A stretch of DNA of 59,219 nucleotides from Holosporales bacterium (GCA_031282805.1 JAITDA010000015.1:1-59219); one strand, 5' to 3'. Shown: positions 49,047-59,188, counted from the first letter of the stretch. Translations and numbers: made by a program. The notes: generated by a model from the letters alone, not told the origin.

Positions 49047-50507
49047 ATGAAAAAAGTATTACTCTGCATACTCGATGGTTTCGGGTACAGTGAGTCCGAT
49101 TTTGGGAACGCTACGCTAGAAGCCAGGTACATTATAAAGTTACTCAAATCCGGGAGGACAGCTCTTCTGGATGCCAGTGGCGAAAGCGTCGGTCTACCAT
49201 CCTTACAAGTGGGAAATTCGGAGGTCGGTCACCTAACAATTGGAGCGGGAAGAGTTGTAATGCAAAAATTACCGCTGATAAATAACGCCATTGCCTCAGG
49301 ACAACTAGCAAAAAATTCGACATTACGAGAATTTCTCGATGCCGCGAAGAACCATACGTGTCATGTGATGGGCCTTTTTTCCGATGGAGGTGTTCACTCT
49401 GAACTTACACACTTTTTTTGGGCTATAGATACATTGAGGAGGATGAATATAAAAACAAAGGCTCATCTGTTTTTGGATGGACGTGATGTCGGATATCGTA
49501 GTGCTCTCGAAATACTTTCGACTGCAATCAAAGATGAAAAAATAAAAGTCTCCGAAATAGCCACAATGCAGGGGAGATTTTATGCAATGGATAGAGACAA
49601 GAATTTGGATAGGACTAAAATTGCGTACGATGCACTAGTAAATGCGGTAGCTGACCATGTTGTAACGGATCCAGTGGCTCAAATTGCCGCATTTTATAAA
49701 GATGATATAAACGACGAAATAATTCCACCCGTTGTTATTGATGGGTATCGTGGAGCCGAAAGGCAGGACCATTTCTGGATGCTAAATTTCAGAACAGATA
49801 GAATTAAGCAAATTTTAAAAATGTTGATTGAAAGTGACTTTTCACTCATGAGTATGACGAGATGCGGAGACGAAATCGATTGTAAGTCTCGTATTCTTTT
49901 TCCGCATATTGAGGTTAAAAATACTCTTGGAGAAGTTTTATCACAAAACGGTATTAGACAATTGAGAATTGCAGAAACGGAAAAATATGCACATGTAACG
50001 TATTTTTTCAATGGTAATACCGAAGTCCAGTACGAATTCGAGGACAGAATTTTGATTCCTTCCCCTAAGGTTAATAACTATGCCTCAACTCCAGCAATGT
50101 CTTCACGACAAATCACAGATGAAGTGATTAAGGCCATGGTGAATTCTGCACATCAAGTCATTATAGTCAATTTTGCAAATGCCGATATGCTTGGGCATAC
50201 TGGTAATTTCGAAGCAACGAGGAAATCCATAAAAATCCTGGATGCAAATATACATGAAATTATAGAAATCGCAAAAGCCACGGGATATACGGTAATTTTA
50301 ACTTCCGATCATGGAAATGCGGAGACTATGCTCAATGGTGACTTAAGTCCTCAAAAATCTCACACTAATGCAAAGGTGCCATTCATTATTATTCCCGAAC
50401 AAAGGTTGCTTAAAACCATTGGAAATTTATCCGATATAGCTCCAACAGTACTTAGTGCCCTTGAAATCAGCGTACCATTGGAAATGAGTGGCCAAAGCTT
50501 GATATAG
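49047..50507 (+). CDS. gpmI: 2,3-bisphosphoglycerate-independent phosphoglycerate mutase
   Basis: 486 aa. Motifs LCILDGFG, GNSEVGHLTIGAGR, FSDGGVHS, NFANADMLGHTG, LTSDHGNAE. Confidence 0.92.
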   Translation: MKKVLLCILDGFGYSESDFGNATLEARYIIKLLKSGRTALLDASGESVGLPSLQVGNSEVGHLTIGAGRVVMQKLPLINNAIASGQLAKNSTLREFLDAAKNHTCHVMGLFSDGGVHSELTHFFWAIDTLRRMNIKTKAHLFLDGRDVGYRSALEILSTAIKDEKIKVSEIATMQGRFYAMDRDKNLDRTKIAYDALVNAVADHVVTDPVAQIAAFYKDDINDEIIPPVVIDGYRGAERQDHFWMLNFRTDRIKQILKMLIESDFSLMSMTRCGDEIDCKSRILFPHIEVKNTLGEVLSQNGIRQLRIAETEKYAHVTYFFNGNTEVQYEFEDRILIPSPKVNNYASTPAMSSRQITDEVIKAMVNSAHQVIIVNFANADMLGHTGNFEATRKSIKILDANIHEIIEIAKATGYTVILTSDHGNAETMLNGDLSPQKSHTNAKVPFIIIPEQRLLKTIGNLSDIAPTVLSALEISVPLEMSGQSLI

Positions 50508-50757
50508 GTACGAACGGAAAACACACATCACGTTATGGATGCACTACTTTATGCTCCTCATACTTCTCGACAAAGCAACGCGAATTGAATCTCATTTTCA
50601 AGCATGATAATGCTACAGGTGTCGATGCAATCTTCCACTTCTGAAACTCTTCCTCAAAAACTGCTATGTTTACATCACTATATTACCTAGTAAAGAGGTG
50701 AAGTATAATTTGATAACAGTGGTGTCGCATACGGTGCAGATAGTGAGGTGTTCTATA

Positions 50758-52020
50758 TCAAAAATCGATTGTTGATACGTAGAAATTTTCACGTTCTTTT
50801 AACTCGGAGACTGCCCATACTAGTGCATCGACTCTATCCGGTGAATGTTCTGGTTTTTCGGTATACGATAAGTTACACATCTGTTCTTCGAGTTCGGTAA
50901 ATTCCTTAATATGGAAAATCTTGTGCGATTCATACAGAAAAGAAATAGGTTCAGCCCTTGCAATTTTTCCTTTAATAGCCCTAGTTTTCTTGAATGGGAG
51001 ATTCGGCTGGATCGTTGCGAGCATTTCTTCAACTAAGTCACCGCCATTGTTCGTTTCAGCAACCACTCGCGTTGCCCTATAGTCATAACACGCTCGGCAT
51101 ACTATCTTAGCCCATTCCGGTGGCTTGTACTTACCACTGAGATCATCGATGACGTACATCTTGTCATCATATCCAATTCCTGCCACTATTATACCAGTTT
51201 CATCAGAGTTTTCACCCGAACTAACGGCGGGGTCAACCCCAATCACAATTCGTGCCAGATTTTCCAAATCTACATCTCTGTAGATGATATTCTCTCTTTT
51301 CCAAACGGTATCCTCTTTTTCCATAATAAGTTCCCCATTTAACTCCTGCCTACCAACCCTCGTATTCTGGTACATATCCCTCATTGTTTTTATGAATCTT
51401 TGAGATAAATTCGCTGCATTATCGAATGTAGAACCTCTCGTTAAATGCGTGTCGCGAGCCTCAGACAGAGTCTTCAAAATTTTAAGGGGTCTCGGAGTTG
51501 TGGTCATTATGCATTTTGGATCATCTCCAATACGTAATGTAAACATAACCTGCTGCCAAATGGCATTGGGATCTTTGTATTTCGCAAATTCGTCAATCCA
51601 CAATAAGTCGAATTGGTATCCTCTTAGTTTTTCTGGGTTATCACCACTTAAAATATACGCCCTTGCTCCATTTTCCCAAACAATTTGATTTTTCGATTTG
51701 TAATATTTAAATTTTACTATATCTGGATCTTCGAACTTGTTTTCCTCGAGTTGAAACACTTTTTCGGCGATCGTCGTTGAAAGAAGTCCACTCATTCCTT
51801 CCACCATAACATCATTTGCCTCACGAATTGTTTTTCCGATGATGCCTATTCGTTTGTAGCGACCACTGTTGACCATCTCCATTACTGCTTCGGCGCCTGT
51901 CCTCGTTTTACCGAACCCGCGTCCCGCTAAAATCAGCCAGAGCCACCAGGATCCATTCGGAATTTTTTGTTCTTTTCTGGCAATATCGTGCCAGTTTTGT
52001 ATTAAATTAGTATTGTTCAT
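50758..52020 (-). CDS. Phage/GTA-type terminase large subunit, isolated
   Basis: Walker A-like AGRGFGKTRTGAE and Walker B LLWIDEFAKY. Nuclease-half motifs VIGVDPA and VVAETNNGGD. ATG 52020 (420 aa) has AAGGA ~9 nt upstream. The longest ORF starts at 52041. Confidence 0.8.
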   Translation of the reverse strand: MNNTNLIQNWHDIARKEQKIPNGSWWLWLILAGRGFGKTRTGAEAVMEMVNSGRYKRIGIIGKTIREANDVMVEGMSGLLSTTIAEKVFQLEENKFEDPDIVKFKYYKSKNQIVWENGARAYILSGDNPEKLRGYQFDLLWIDEFAKYKDPNAIWQQVMFTLRIGDDPKCIMTTTPRPLKILKTLSEARDTHLTRGSTFDNAANLSQRFIKTMRDMYQNTRVGRQELNGELIMEKEDTVWKRENIIYRDVDLENLARIVIGVDPAVSSGENSDETGIIVAGIGYDDKMYVIDDLSGKYKPPEWAKIVCRACYDYRATRVVAETNNGGDLVEEMLATIQPNLPFKKTRAIKGKIARAEPISFLYESHKIFHIKEFTELEEQMCNLSYTEKPEHSPDRVDALVWAVSELKERENFYVSTIDF

Positions 52021-52283
52021 TGTTATAATCCTTTCCTTCATATTTGGTTATTTATATCGTTGATTATTTGGCATTTGAACGTTCAATGTAATTCATTACA
52101 CATTGAAACTGCAGTTCATTTGCCGTTGTTTACACTCTTTGTGAGTAAGGTAAAATACGAAATGTGAGTACACTGATTGACAATTGTGTCTCAGAGTTCA
52201 CATTGAAATGCGCTTAACTGAGTTGTTCTCCCTGATAACACATTTCTTGAGAAATTTTGTTGAGAATAGTTGAGGAAATCCGG

Positions 52284-52334
52284 GGGCGGCGCGATGTGGT
52301 ACAATTGACGAGTATACCACATCGCGCCGCCCCG
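52284..52334. repeat. Perfect 19-bp GC-rich inverted repeat (hairpin) with a 13-nt loop
   Basis: GGGGCGGCGCGATGTGGTA (52284-52302), loop CAATTGACGAGTA, TACCACATCGCGCCGCCCC (52316-52334). 14 of 19 stem pairs are G:C. No flanking T- or A-run. Confidence 0.95.
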
Positions 52335-52776
52335 CTTCCGAAGTAAAAATTATCCTTGATTAGGACAACAAGTTGAAATACAACAAATACAATTTTAAAT
52401 ATCTGAAGAGTTCCCTTTTGCGATGTATACATTCCTTGGATACAAATACTTCGTTTTGGCTAACTATAAACTAACCTTTATAAAGGTTGCATCAATCGCG
52501 ACTTGTAGTGAGAATTTTTCAGGATACACTCCAATATGGCCGCCGATATTCTCTTATTTTTCCTGATCTACAAGCAGTTCTGGAGATAACAGTATCGAAT
52601 CCAAGTTCTTAGTATACAAAATTTTGCAATTCGCAACTTTCTTGCACATGCGTACTTAACATACACTTAAAAGTTCCAAGGCGTTTTCCTCCGCTTTTTT
52701 CCTGTAAATTCACATCCCGTTAACATAACACTTTTCTTAATTTGTTTGCGTATACCCAGTTGTTTCAACGCTCATC

Positions 52777-55359
52777 CTACGCAATTAGATATTTTTGTAA
52801 ATACCGACCAGTGTGGCTATTTTCACAGGATGCGACAACTTCCGGAGCTCCCTCAACAACGATATTGCCGCCATTTTCTCCTCCCTCTGGTCCTATATCT
52901 ATTATCCAATCTGCGGTTTTTATAACTTCCATATTGTGCTCTATCACTACAACTGAGTTTCCAGCTTCTACCAGCATATGCAATATTTCAAGAAGCTTTT
53001 TTATATCATCCACATGTAGTCCTGTGGTTGGTTCATCGAGAATATACAATGTGTTTCCAGTAGACTTTCTTGATAACTCTTTAGCTAATTTTACCCTTTG
53101 AGCTTCCCCGCCTGAAAGAACCGTTGCCTTGTGTCCAAGTGTCAAATATCCAAGTCCAACCCGGTTTAAACAATTCAATTTATGATGAAACGGTTGATTT
53201 TTAAAAAAATTTGCACACTCTTTAATTGTCATATCTAAAACGTCAGAAATGCTCTTATCTTTAAACTTTATTTCTTGTGTTTCCCTGTTGAATCTCCGTC
53301 CGTGACATTGATCACACTCGACATAAACGTCGGGCAAAAAGTGCATTTCTACTTTGATTACTCCGTCACCCTTGCATGCTTCACACCTCCCACCTTTCAC
53401 ATTAAATGAAAATCTACTACTCGTGTAGCCCCTCGCCCTTGCTTCCGGTAAACTAGCATACAGATTTCTTATATCTGTGAAACACCCGACATAGGTAGCA
53501 GGATTGGAGCGCGGGGTTCTTCCGATTGGAGATTGACTAATATCGATAATTTTGTCGATTAACTCTGTGTTACGTATTTCTCCGAGATTTCGTGTACTCG
53601 TGATTCCACGATTTATTTTATTATATACCGCCCTAAACAAGGTATCTATGACGAGGGTGGATTTTCCTGAGCCAGATACCCCTGTAACGCAAACAAAAAT
53701 TCCAAGGGGAATTTTTACGTTGAGGTGTTTCAAATTATTCGCATGTGCATCTATCAATTCCACTACCCTTTGAGGACTTGTATGCCTCCGTCGCTTTGGA
53801 ATTTCGATTGATTTAATTCCGGCGAGATACTGTCCAGTCAAGCTATTTGGATTTTTCTTGAGGGCATCAACATTACCAACAGCACAAACTTCTCCACCAT
53901 GAATTCCTGCCTCTGGGCCAATATCCACTATCCAATCTGCAGCATACATTGCGTCCTCATCGTGCTCGACGACGATGACGGTGTTGTCATGATCTCGTAA
54001 CTCCTTCAGGGTTTTTATCAATCTGTTATTGTCTCTTTGATGTAGACCAATTGATGGTTCATCAAGAACGTACATAATTCCTGTTAATCCAGATCCTATT
54101 TGTGAGGCTAATCTTATTCTCTGGCTCTCTCCTCCTGATAGCGTTTCCGAAGCTCGTGAAAGCGTTAAGTAATCTAGACCAACATCTATCAAAAATTGCA
54201 GTCTATCCTGAATTTCTTTCAGTATTTTCTCAGAAATTGAAGAATCTTTTTCATTAAGGTTATTTCTAAGTTGCTCAATCCACTCCTTCGCAATACAAAC
54301 TGGCATGTTGGACACTTCAGCTATGTTTTTCTCGTTTATTTTTATGCAAAGAGCTTCCTTTGATAACCTCGCGCCACCACAAGCCGGGCAAATCTCTTTT
54401 TCAACAAATAGATTATCTTCCGAATCTAAATCGTCACTTGCTTGTGACGTTTTTTTTAAATTTCCAACATTGCCGGAAAAGACATTTTTGAATCCAAGAC
54501 CATAACACGCTCTACATGCGCCTTTCGGGCTGTTGAACGAAAATAGTCTGCGTTCTATTTTTTCGATACAAAAACCAGAAACTGGACATGCAAAGTTTTC
54601 CGAAAATAGCCTCTCCTCTTTTGTATCAAAATGTTTCACTATCAGGAGGCCGCCCGACTGTTTCAACGCAATATCAATTGAATTAGCTAATCTATGTTTG
54701 AGATCATCAATATCAGCTTCATCCGGGGAAATCGATATCCTATCAACAACAACTGAAATATTGTGTTTAACATTTTTGGTGAGGTGAGGAACTTCATCTA
54801 TACGATAGAGTGTTTTGTCAACAAATATCCTTTCAAAACCAAGCTTTTTCATGAGCATCAGTTCTCCACGAAACTCCCCCTTTTTTTCACGGGCAATTGG
54901 AGAAAGGAGATAATATTTTCCAGCTGGAAGTGTGGCTACTGAATCAACAATTTGTGATACTGTCTGTGCTCGAATTGGTAATCCTGTAGCAGGAGAATAT
55001 GGAACTCCAATGCTAGTGTATAACAATCTTAGATAGTCGTAAATTTCAGTGATTGTTCCGACTGTTGATCGCGGATTTTTTGAAATGGTCTTTTGCTCAA
55101 TCGATATTGCAGGGCTCAATCCATTTATCTTATCAACATCTGGTTTGGGCATTAAATTGAGAAATTGACGCGCGTATGATGATAAGCTTTCGACGTATCT
55201 CCTTTGTCCTTCTGCATATAGTGTATCAAACGCAAGAGTTGATTTTCCCGAGCCACTTAATCCAGTGATAACGACGAGTTGATTCTTTGGGATATCGAGA
55301 TTGATATTTTTTAGGTTATGTTCTCTCGCCCCCCTGATTTCGATGTATCTCTGTTTCAT
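52777..55359 (-). CDS. uvrA: Excinuclease ABC subunit A, short form (860 aa) lacking the insertion domain
   Basis: Two ABC modules (GLSGSGKST / [17 protein letters not shown] / [15 protein letters not shown] / YILDEPT). Zinc modules CPVSGFC...CRAC, CPACGG, CEACKG...CDQCHG. Only 34 aa lie between CRACYGLG and CPACGG. Confidence 0.95.
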   Translation of the reverse strand: MKQRYIEIRGAREHNLKNINLDIPKNQLVVITGLSGSGKSTLAFDTLYAEGQRRYVESLSSYARQFLNLMPKPDVDKINGLSPAISIEQKTISKNPRSTVGTITEIYDYLRLLYTSIGVPYSPATGLPIRAQTVSQIVDSVATLPAGKYYLLSPIAREKKGEFRGELMLMKKLGFERIFVDKTLYRIDEVPHLTKNVKHNISVVVDRISISPDEADIDDLKHRLANSIDIALKQSGGLLIVKHFDTKEERLFSENFACPVSGFCIEKIERRLFSFNSPKGACRACYGLGFKNVFSGNVGNLKKTSQASDDLDSEDNLFVEKEICPACGGARLSKEALCIKINEKNIAEVSNMPVCIAKEWIEQLRNNLNEKDSSISEKILKEIQDRLQFLIDVGLDYLTLSRASETLSGGESQRIRLASQIGSGLTGIMYVLDEPSIGLHQRDNNRLIKTLKELRDHDNTVIVVEHDEDAMYAADWIVDIGPEAGIHGGEVCAVGNVDALKKNPNSLTGQYLAGIKSIEIPKRRRHTSPQRVVELIDAHANNLKHLNVKIPLGIFVCVTGVSGSGKSTLVIDTLFRAVYNKINRGITSTRNLGEIRNTELIDKIIDISQSPIGRTPRSNPATYVGCFTDIRNLYASLPEARARGYTSSRFSFNVKGGRCEACKGDGVIKVEMHFLPDVYVECDQCHGRRFNRETQEIKFKDKSISDVLDMTIKECANFFKNQPFHHKLNCLNRVGLGYLTLGHKATVLSGGEAQRVKLAKELSRKSTGNTLYILDEPTTGLHVDDIKKLLEILHMLVEAGNSVVVIEHNMEVIKTADWIIDIGPEGGENGGNIVVEGAPEVVASCENSHTGRYLQKYLIA

Positions 55360-56399
55360 GATAAACGACTCGCTATTTCATTTTTTATCATTCTTACAGC
55401 CCTATCGGCTTCAAAAAAGCAAGAAACGATGTTTCTCTTTTTGTTTGGGTACAGCACCACATCTCCAATCGCATAGCAGTTTTTCAACGAGGTTTTCATC
55501 GTATTGATATCGACTTCCACTAAACCACCTTCCATTTTTAGACCTTGTTCTTGAAGACCAAACACAGAGCCGCAGCTTGTCAAAAATCCGTGACAGAATA
55601 CGAGATGATCCGCACATAACACAATTTTTTTCGAATTTTTGTCTACTGTTATCACATTTCCTTTTTCAATTCCTGAAACACTGTGTTCCAAAAGTAGCTG
55701 TAGCTTTCCGTTTTTGTGTAAATTATCTAGGTCCTTCAGTTTCGATTCTTCACATGTAAATTTATCTCTTCTATGGAGCAACGTAACACTTTTAGCAAGT
55801 GGTGCCACGTTAATTACAAAATCAATAGCGGAATCGCCACCACCGGAGACGACAATATTTTTGCCTTTGTAAAAATCTACTCTAATGCAACAATGTTGTA
55901 TAAAATCTGGTGGGTTATCATTAGAGTTATTCTCCAAAACTGCTCTAGGTATACTTGGAATCATGTCTCCAATTCCAGTTGCAACAATAATATGTTTTGC
56001 ATTAACGTGACTTTGCTGTTTGGAAGAAACATCGCACAACCTGATAACAAAGCTATCGTCCTCCGTCACGGATATACTCTCAACCTTTTTTCCAAGAAGT
56101 AGCTTTTTTGCAAAGGTTGTACACTGACCCGACAAACTTTCGACAAACCCCTTTGCCAATACATCGTTAAACCCAGGAACCCCGTAGATCTTTTTCTCTG
56201 GATACAATGCAGTGCACTGCCCGCCGGTAAATACCAAAGCATCAATAAGTACGCACTCAAGTCCGGAAATTCCACAACAATACGTTGCATATAATCCTGC
56301 AACACCTGCCCCAATTACCGCAACACCGATCTCTACCTCATTCTCAACCCCGCGAACCATAGCTCCAACGCTCTTTAAAGTCTCTTTAGTTGGACTCAC
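55356..56399 (-). CDS. Ferredoxin--NADP+ reductase, TrxR-like type 2 (YumC-type)
   Basis: Motifs [32 protein letters not shown] (YumC-type signature; no CxxC redox pair), [15 protein letters not shown] 56399 overlaps the rpsT stop. ATG 56360 is an alternative start. Stop overlaps the uvrA ATG (ATGA). Confidence 0.85.
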   Translation of the reverse strand: MSPTKETLKSVGAMVRGVENEVEIGVAVIGAGVAGLYATYCCGISGLECVLIDALVFTGGQCTALYPEKKIYGVPGFNDVLAKGFVESLSGQCTTFAKKLLLGKKVESISVTEDDSFVIRLCDVSSKQQSHVNAKHIIVATGIGDMIPSIPRAVLENNSNDNPPDFIQHCCIRVDFYKGKNIVVSGGGDSAIDFVINVAPLAKSVTLLHRRDKFTCEESKLKDLDNLHKNGKLQLLLEHSVSGIEKGNVITVDKNSKKIVLCADHLVFCHGFLTSCGSVFGLQEQGLKMEGGLVEVDINTMKTSLKNCYAIGDVVLYPNKKRNIVSCFFEADRAVRMIKNEIASRLS

Positions 56400-56689
56400 C
56401 GAGATTTGACCGATGATGTCCCTTCAACAACACTTCTGACTTTACTGTACATTCTGGAAATTTTTCTTGCTGCTGCATTTTTGTGAATAACTCTCTTATT
56501 GACTCCACGCATGATCTCTTTTTGCATCGCAGAAAATACTGACATGATATCCTTAACGGGACTTTTGGCCAGCACCACTTTCTCGAAATTCTTAATGAAT
56601 GTCCTCATCCTACTAAGTCTATTAATGTTCACGGTACGCTGTCTCGCGGTTTTCCTTATACTTTTTTTCGAGGATCTATGGGAAGCCAT
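56396..56689 (-). CDS. rpsT: 30S ribosomal protein S20
   Basis: 97 aa, basic. MASHRSSKKSIRKTARQRTVN is the canonical S20 N-terminus. Confidence 0.92.
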   Translation of the reverse strand: MASHRSSKKSIRKTARQRTVNINRLSRMRTFIKNFEKVVLAKSPVKDIMSVFSAMQKEIMRGVNKRVIHKNAAARKISRMYSKVRSVVEGTSSVKSR

Positions 56690-57057
56690 ATCTTATTTGA
56701 TGAAAAACACCTACGGTTGTAATCGTAACATTTAAAGGCTAAACGGTCAATAAATTATTCTGAAAAGCTATCCCCAAAATATGCATTTAGCCTGTCATAG
56801 CAGCGATTTTTTGTCAATCTGATATGGGCTTTATATGAACAGATGGTATGCATTTCTCATTGACACGATGTTATCAACACAGTGCATTCTGTCATGGTAG
56901 TAATTTCAAATATTTTTACAGTAAAAATAAATGTTTTATTGTTAATAGTAAATACTGTTAACGTTTTGTTAACTTTTTTTATGAGGCAAGTAATCGGAAT
57001 TAAAATACGGTTGGCTACTGTGAAATAACGAAAAAGCACACTGCGAACCGGTAAATT

Positions 57058-57065
57058 GGGAGGAG
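57058..57065 (+). promoter_or_regulatory. Strong Shine-Dalgarno of the decayed secreted-protein gene
   Basis: GGGAGGAG lies 6 nt upstream of ATG 57072. Confidence 0.6.
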
Positions 57066-57071
57066 TTTTAT

Positions 57072-58420
57072 ATGAAAAAGCATAAAATAAGGTATCTTAA
57101 CGCTGTCAGTTAGCTTGACTATCTTGACAACGACAGGACACGCGACACGCACAGTCGTTGAAGATGGTGTCGAAGGAGTGTGAGATCCGGAGAATCAAAT
57201 CGATTCTAGCACATTGGGAACGATGGTTTGCAAAAATCCTTTGACGATTAATGTAGAAGTAACAAAATCTCTGACAGTAACCGAAAAGGATTTAAGTGTT
57301 TCAGTTTTGATTAGTGGGACTGCGGCATTTGCGGGACTTAAAACGTTGAATCAACGAACGGAATTAATTTTGGGTAAAGGAGCACGGTTAGCCTGTGTTG
57401 ATGACAGTGGAAAGCCAGTGATAGCAATGCTTGGTAGGCCCTACCGGATGGGTCTACCCAAGTGTATCAGACGGTGACTTTAGCGACTATAGTGACGGAT
57501 CAGGCGTGACACTGAAAGACGGTAAGCCGTTAGACGTGGAAGGGAAAGAGATACCGCTCGGTTGTTTATGCAACTATAGCCATATCACATTGATAAATCC
57601 GGATACAGATTTCCCAAAAAGGTATTGAATGCTTATAAAAATAGAAAACCAAACAACTGGAGACCAATACATACAACCAGTGATTTATGTTAAAAATCCC
57701 GCTGGTGATGTATTGAAATACTATCCATTTAGGTTGCTCGATCCGAATAGTTATATCAAAACACAATGCACTTACTGGACGACCACTCCGGAGGCCCAAA
57801 ATGTTCAAGTCTCTACACCGGAGCAGTACTTAGTGACATACACAGGTGACGATGGATCAACAACGATTGTGAAGAGTGACGATTCTACCTCTTCTTATTC
57901 TCCATTGCAATGCGATGGTTATTCACTAATACCGTACTACAGCGCAACCCCATCATTAGTTTCCATCATTGGAGCTGATATAACCTGGTCAGAATTTGCA
58001 GGGGCGGACGAATCCGGTGAAAGCGCAGAAGTTTTAAAAGATGGATTGACATTCAGTGCATACACGCTAATCTCTACTGTACACCAATCCGTTACAATTC
58101 CACATGAAAAGTGCATGAAAATCATCTCATCTTCGTCGTCTGAAGCCGGAGTACGACTGAATAGTGAGATAATACAGTGTGTGCCGGATATAACAGGTGG
58201 CGGAAAAGGCCTTTCAGATGTGAGAAACACGATATATACAAGCGATCCAGATGGTCTTACCGGCAAGAAAAAATTAATGAACGCTTTGGATGCGCTAGGT
58301 TTAGACATACAACTCGGGACAAAAATCGATTGTAACATTATCGATGTATTCAAAGTGCTGACAAACTCAGATAGAGAAGGATACACAATACGGCTTGGTG
58401 ATGCAGACGCAAAACAGTAA
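57072..58420 (+). pseudogene. Fragmented gene for a ~450-aa signal-peptide protein of unknown function
   Basis: SD+ATG 57072 (MKKHKIRYLNA). Frameshift near 57105-57111 continues as SVSLTILTTTGHA. In-frame TGA at 57181. Second frameshift within 57431-57477. In-frame TGA at 57626 immediately before the 263-codon open segment 57629-58420. Confidence 0.6.
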
Positions 58421-58446
58421 CCAACAGCGGAACAATATTCTTCAGT

Positions 58447-58740
58447 ATGCATAACTATGGAGAAAGCGAAGGCGTCGAGTTTATTAAATCCGGAGATAAC
58501 TCACACACCGTGACGTTACGAGGCGATAATTCACTACTTAGTAAAGCAACATTCAGAGTGCCAGTGGTGTTTGATGGTTTGCGATCAATTCCCATAAAAA
58601 CCGAGTGTTCCTCGGGTGCTGAAGTAGCTAGTCAATTGCTTATTCCAGATAATAGCAATGTGAAAATACACGGAGGCTTTAGCGTGAAAAAAGGCGCACG
58701 AGCCATTGTTAAGGGCAATTTGTACATACTCAAGAATTAA
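58447..58740 (+). CDS. Hypothetical 97-aa protein, possibly another fragment of the same decayed locus
   Basis: ATG ORF 26 nt after the preceding stop. No recognisable motif. Only weak resemblance (KGAR-containing beta-strand-like segments) to the 57214-57477 fragment. Confidence 0.35.
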   Translation: MHNYGESEGVEFIKSGDNSHTVTLRGDNSLLSKATFRVPVVFDGLRSIPIKTECSSGAEVASQLLIPDNSNVKIHGGFSVKKGARAIVKGNLYILKN

Positions 58741-58975
58741 ACTACATCCTCCCTGTTAGTTGAAGCAATACCAACCTAAAATCGAATACACCGGTTTTAG
58801 GTTGGGCGCACAATTTAAACAAATAAGTAAAAATTTGGCTGTGTAATTGAAACTGTTCACAGCAGTGTCGTACCAAATTCATTTGTAATAAACCTATTGC
58901 GCAACCACAAAAAATCAAGATTCTCACTGGAATACCATTGAACGCAGCGAGGAAGAAATGTTAGCATTGCGATAC

Positions 58976-59066
58976 GGAGAGGTGGCCGAGTGGCTGAAGG
59001 CGCCCGCCTGGAAAGCGAGTATACGTTAATAGCGTATCGAGGGTTCGAATCCCTCTCTCTCCGCCA
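58976..59066 (+). tRNA. tRNA-Ser (anticodon GGA)
   Basis: Acceptor GGAGAGG/TCTCTCC (one G-U). D arm GCC...GGC. Anticodon loop CTGGAAA. Long variable arm TATACGTTAATAGCGTATC. T arm GAGGG-TTCGAAT-CCCTC. Discriminator G and encoded CCA. Close to E. coli tRNA-Ser(GGA) from memory. Confidence 0.95.
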
Positions 59067-59152
59067 TGGACGTTGATGATAAAAGAAAGAAAAGAAGAAG
59101 CAAGAAAAGAAAGAAAATTTTTAAAATTTATTTAGTTGGTGACAGTAAAAAC

Positions 59153-59188
59153 TGTTGATAAGTCATCTAATTGACTGACTTATCAACA
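59153..59188 (+). terminator. 13-bp perfect hairpin ~90 nt after tRNA-Ser; possible terminator
   Basis: TGTTGATAAGTCA - tctaattgac - TGACTTATCAACA, followed by TTCCTTGTTGTT (T-rich but interrupted). Confidence 0.35.

Noticed and set aside
52214-52432. 72-aa minus-strand ORF spanning the GC-rich hairpin.
   Set aside because: There is no RBS. The product is dominated by the palindrome read-through (GSGAARCGILVNCTTSRRPRI), and a perfect palindrome yields an ORF-like stretch on both strands. I treat it as non-coding.
59066-59158. 30-codon ORF (MDVDDKRKKRRSKKRKKIFKIYLVGDSKNC) starting on the CCA end of tRNA-Ser.
   Set aside because: The basic, NLS-like string is just the translation of the polypurine tract. 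There is no SD, and the ATG overlaps the tRNA 3' end.
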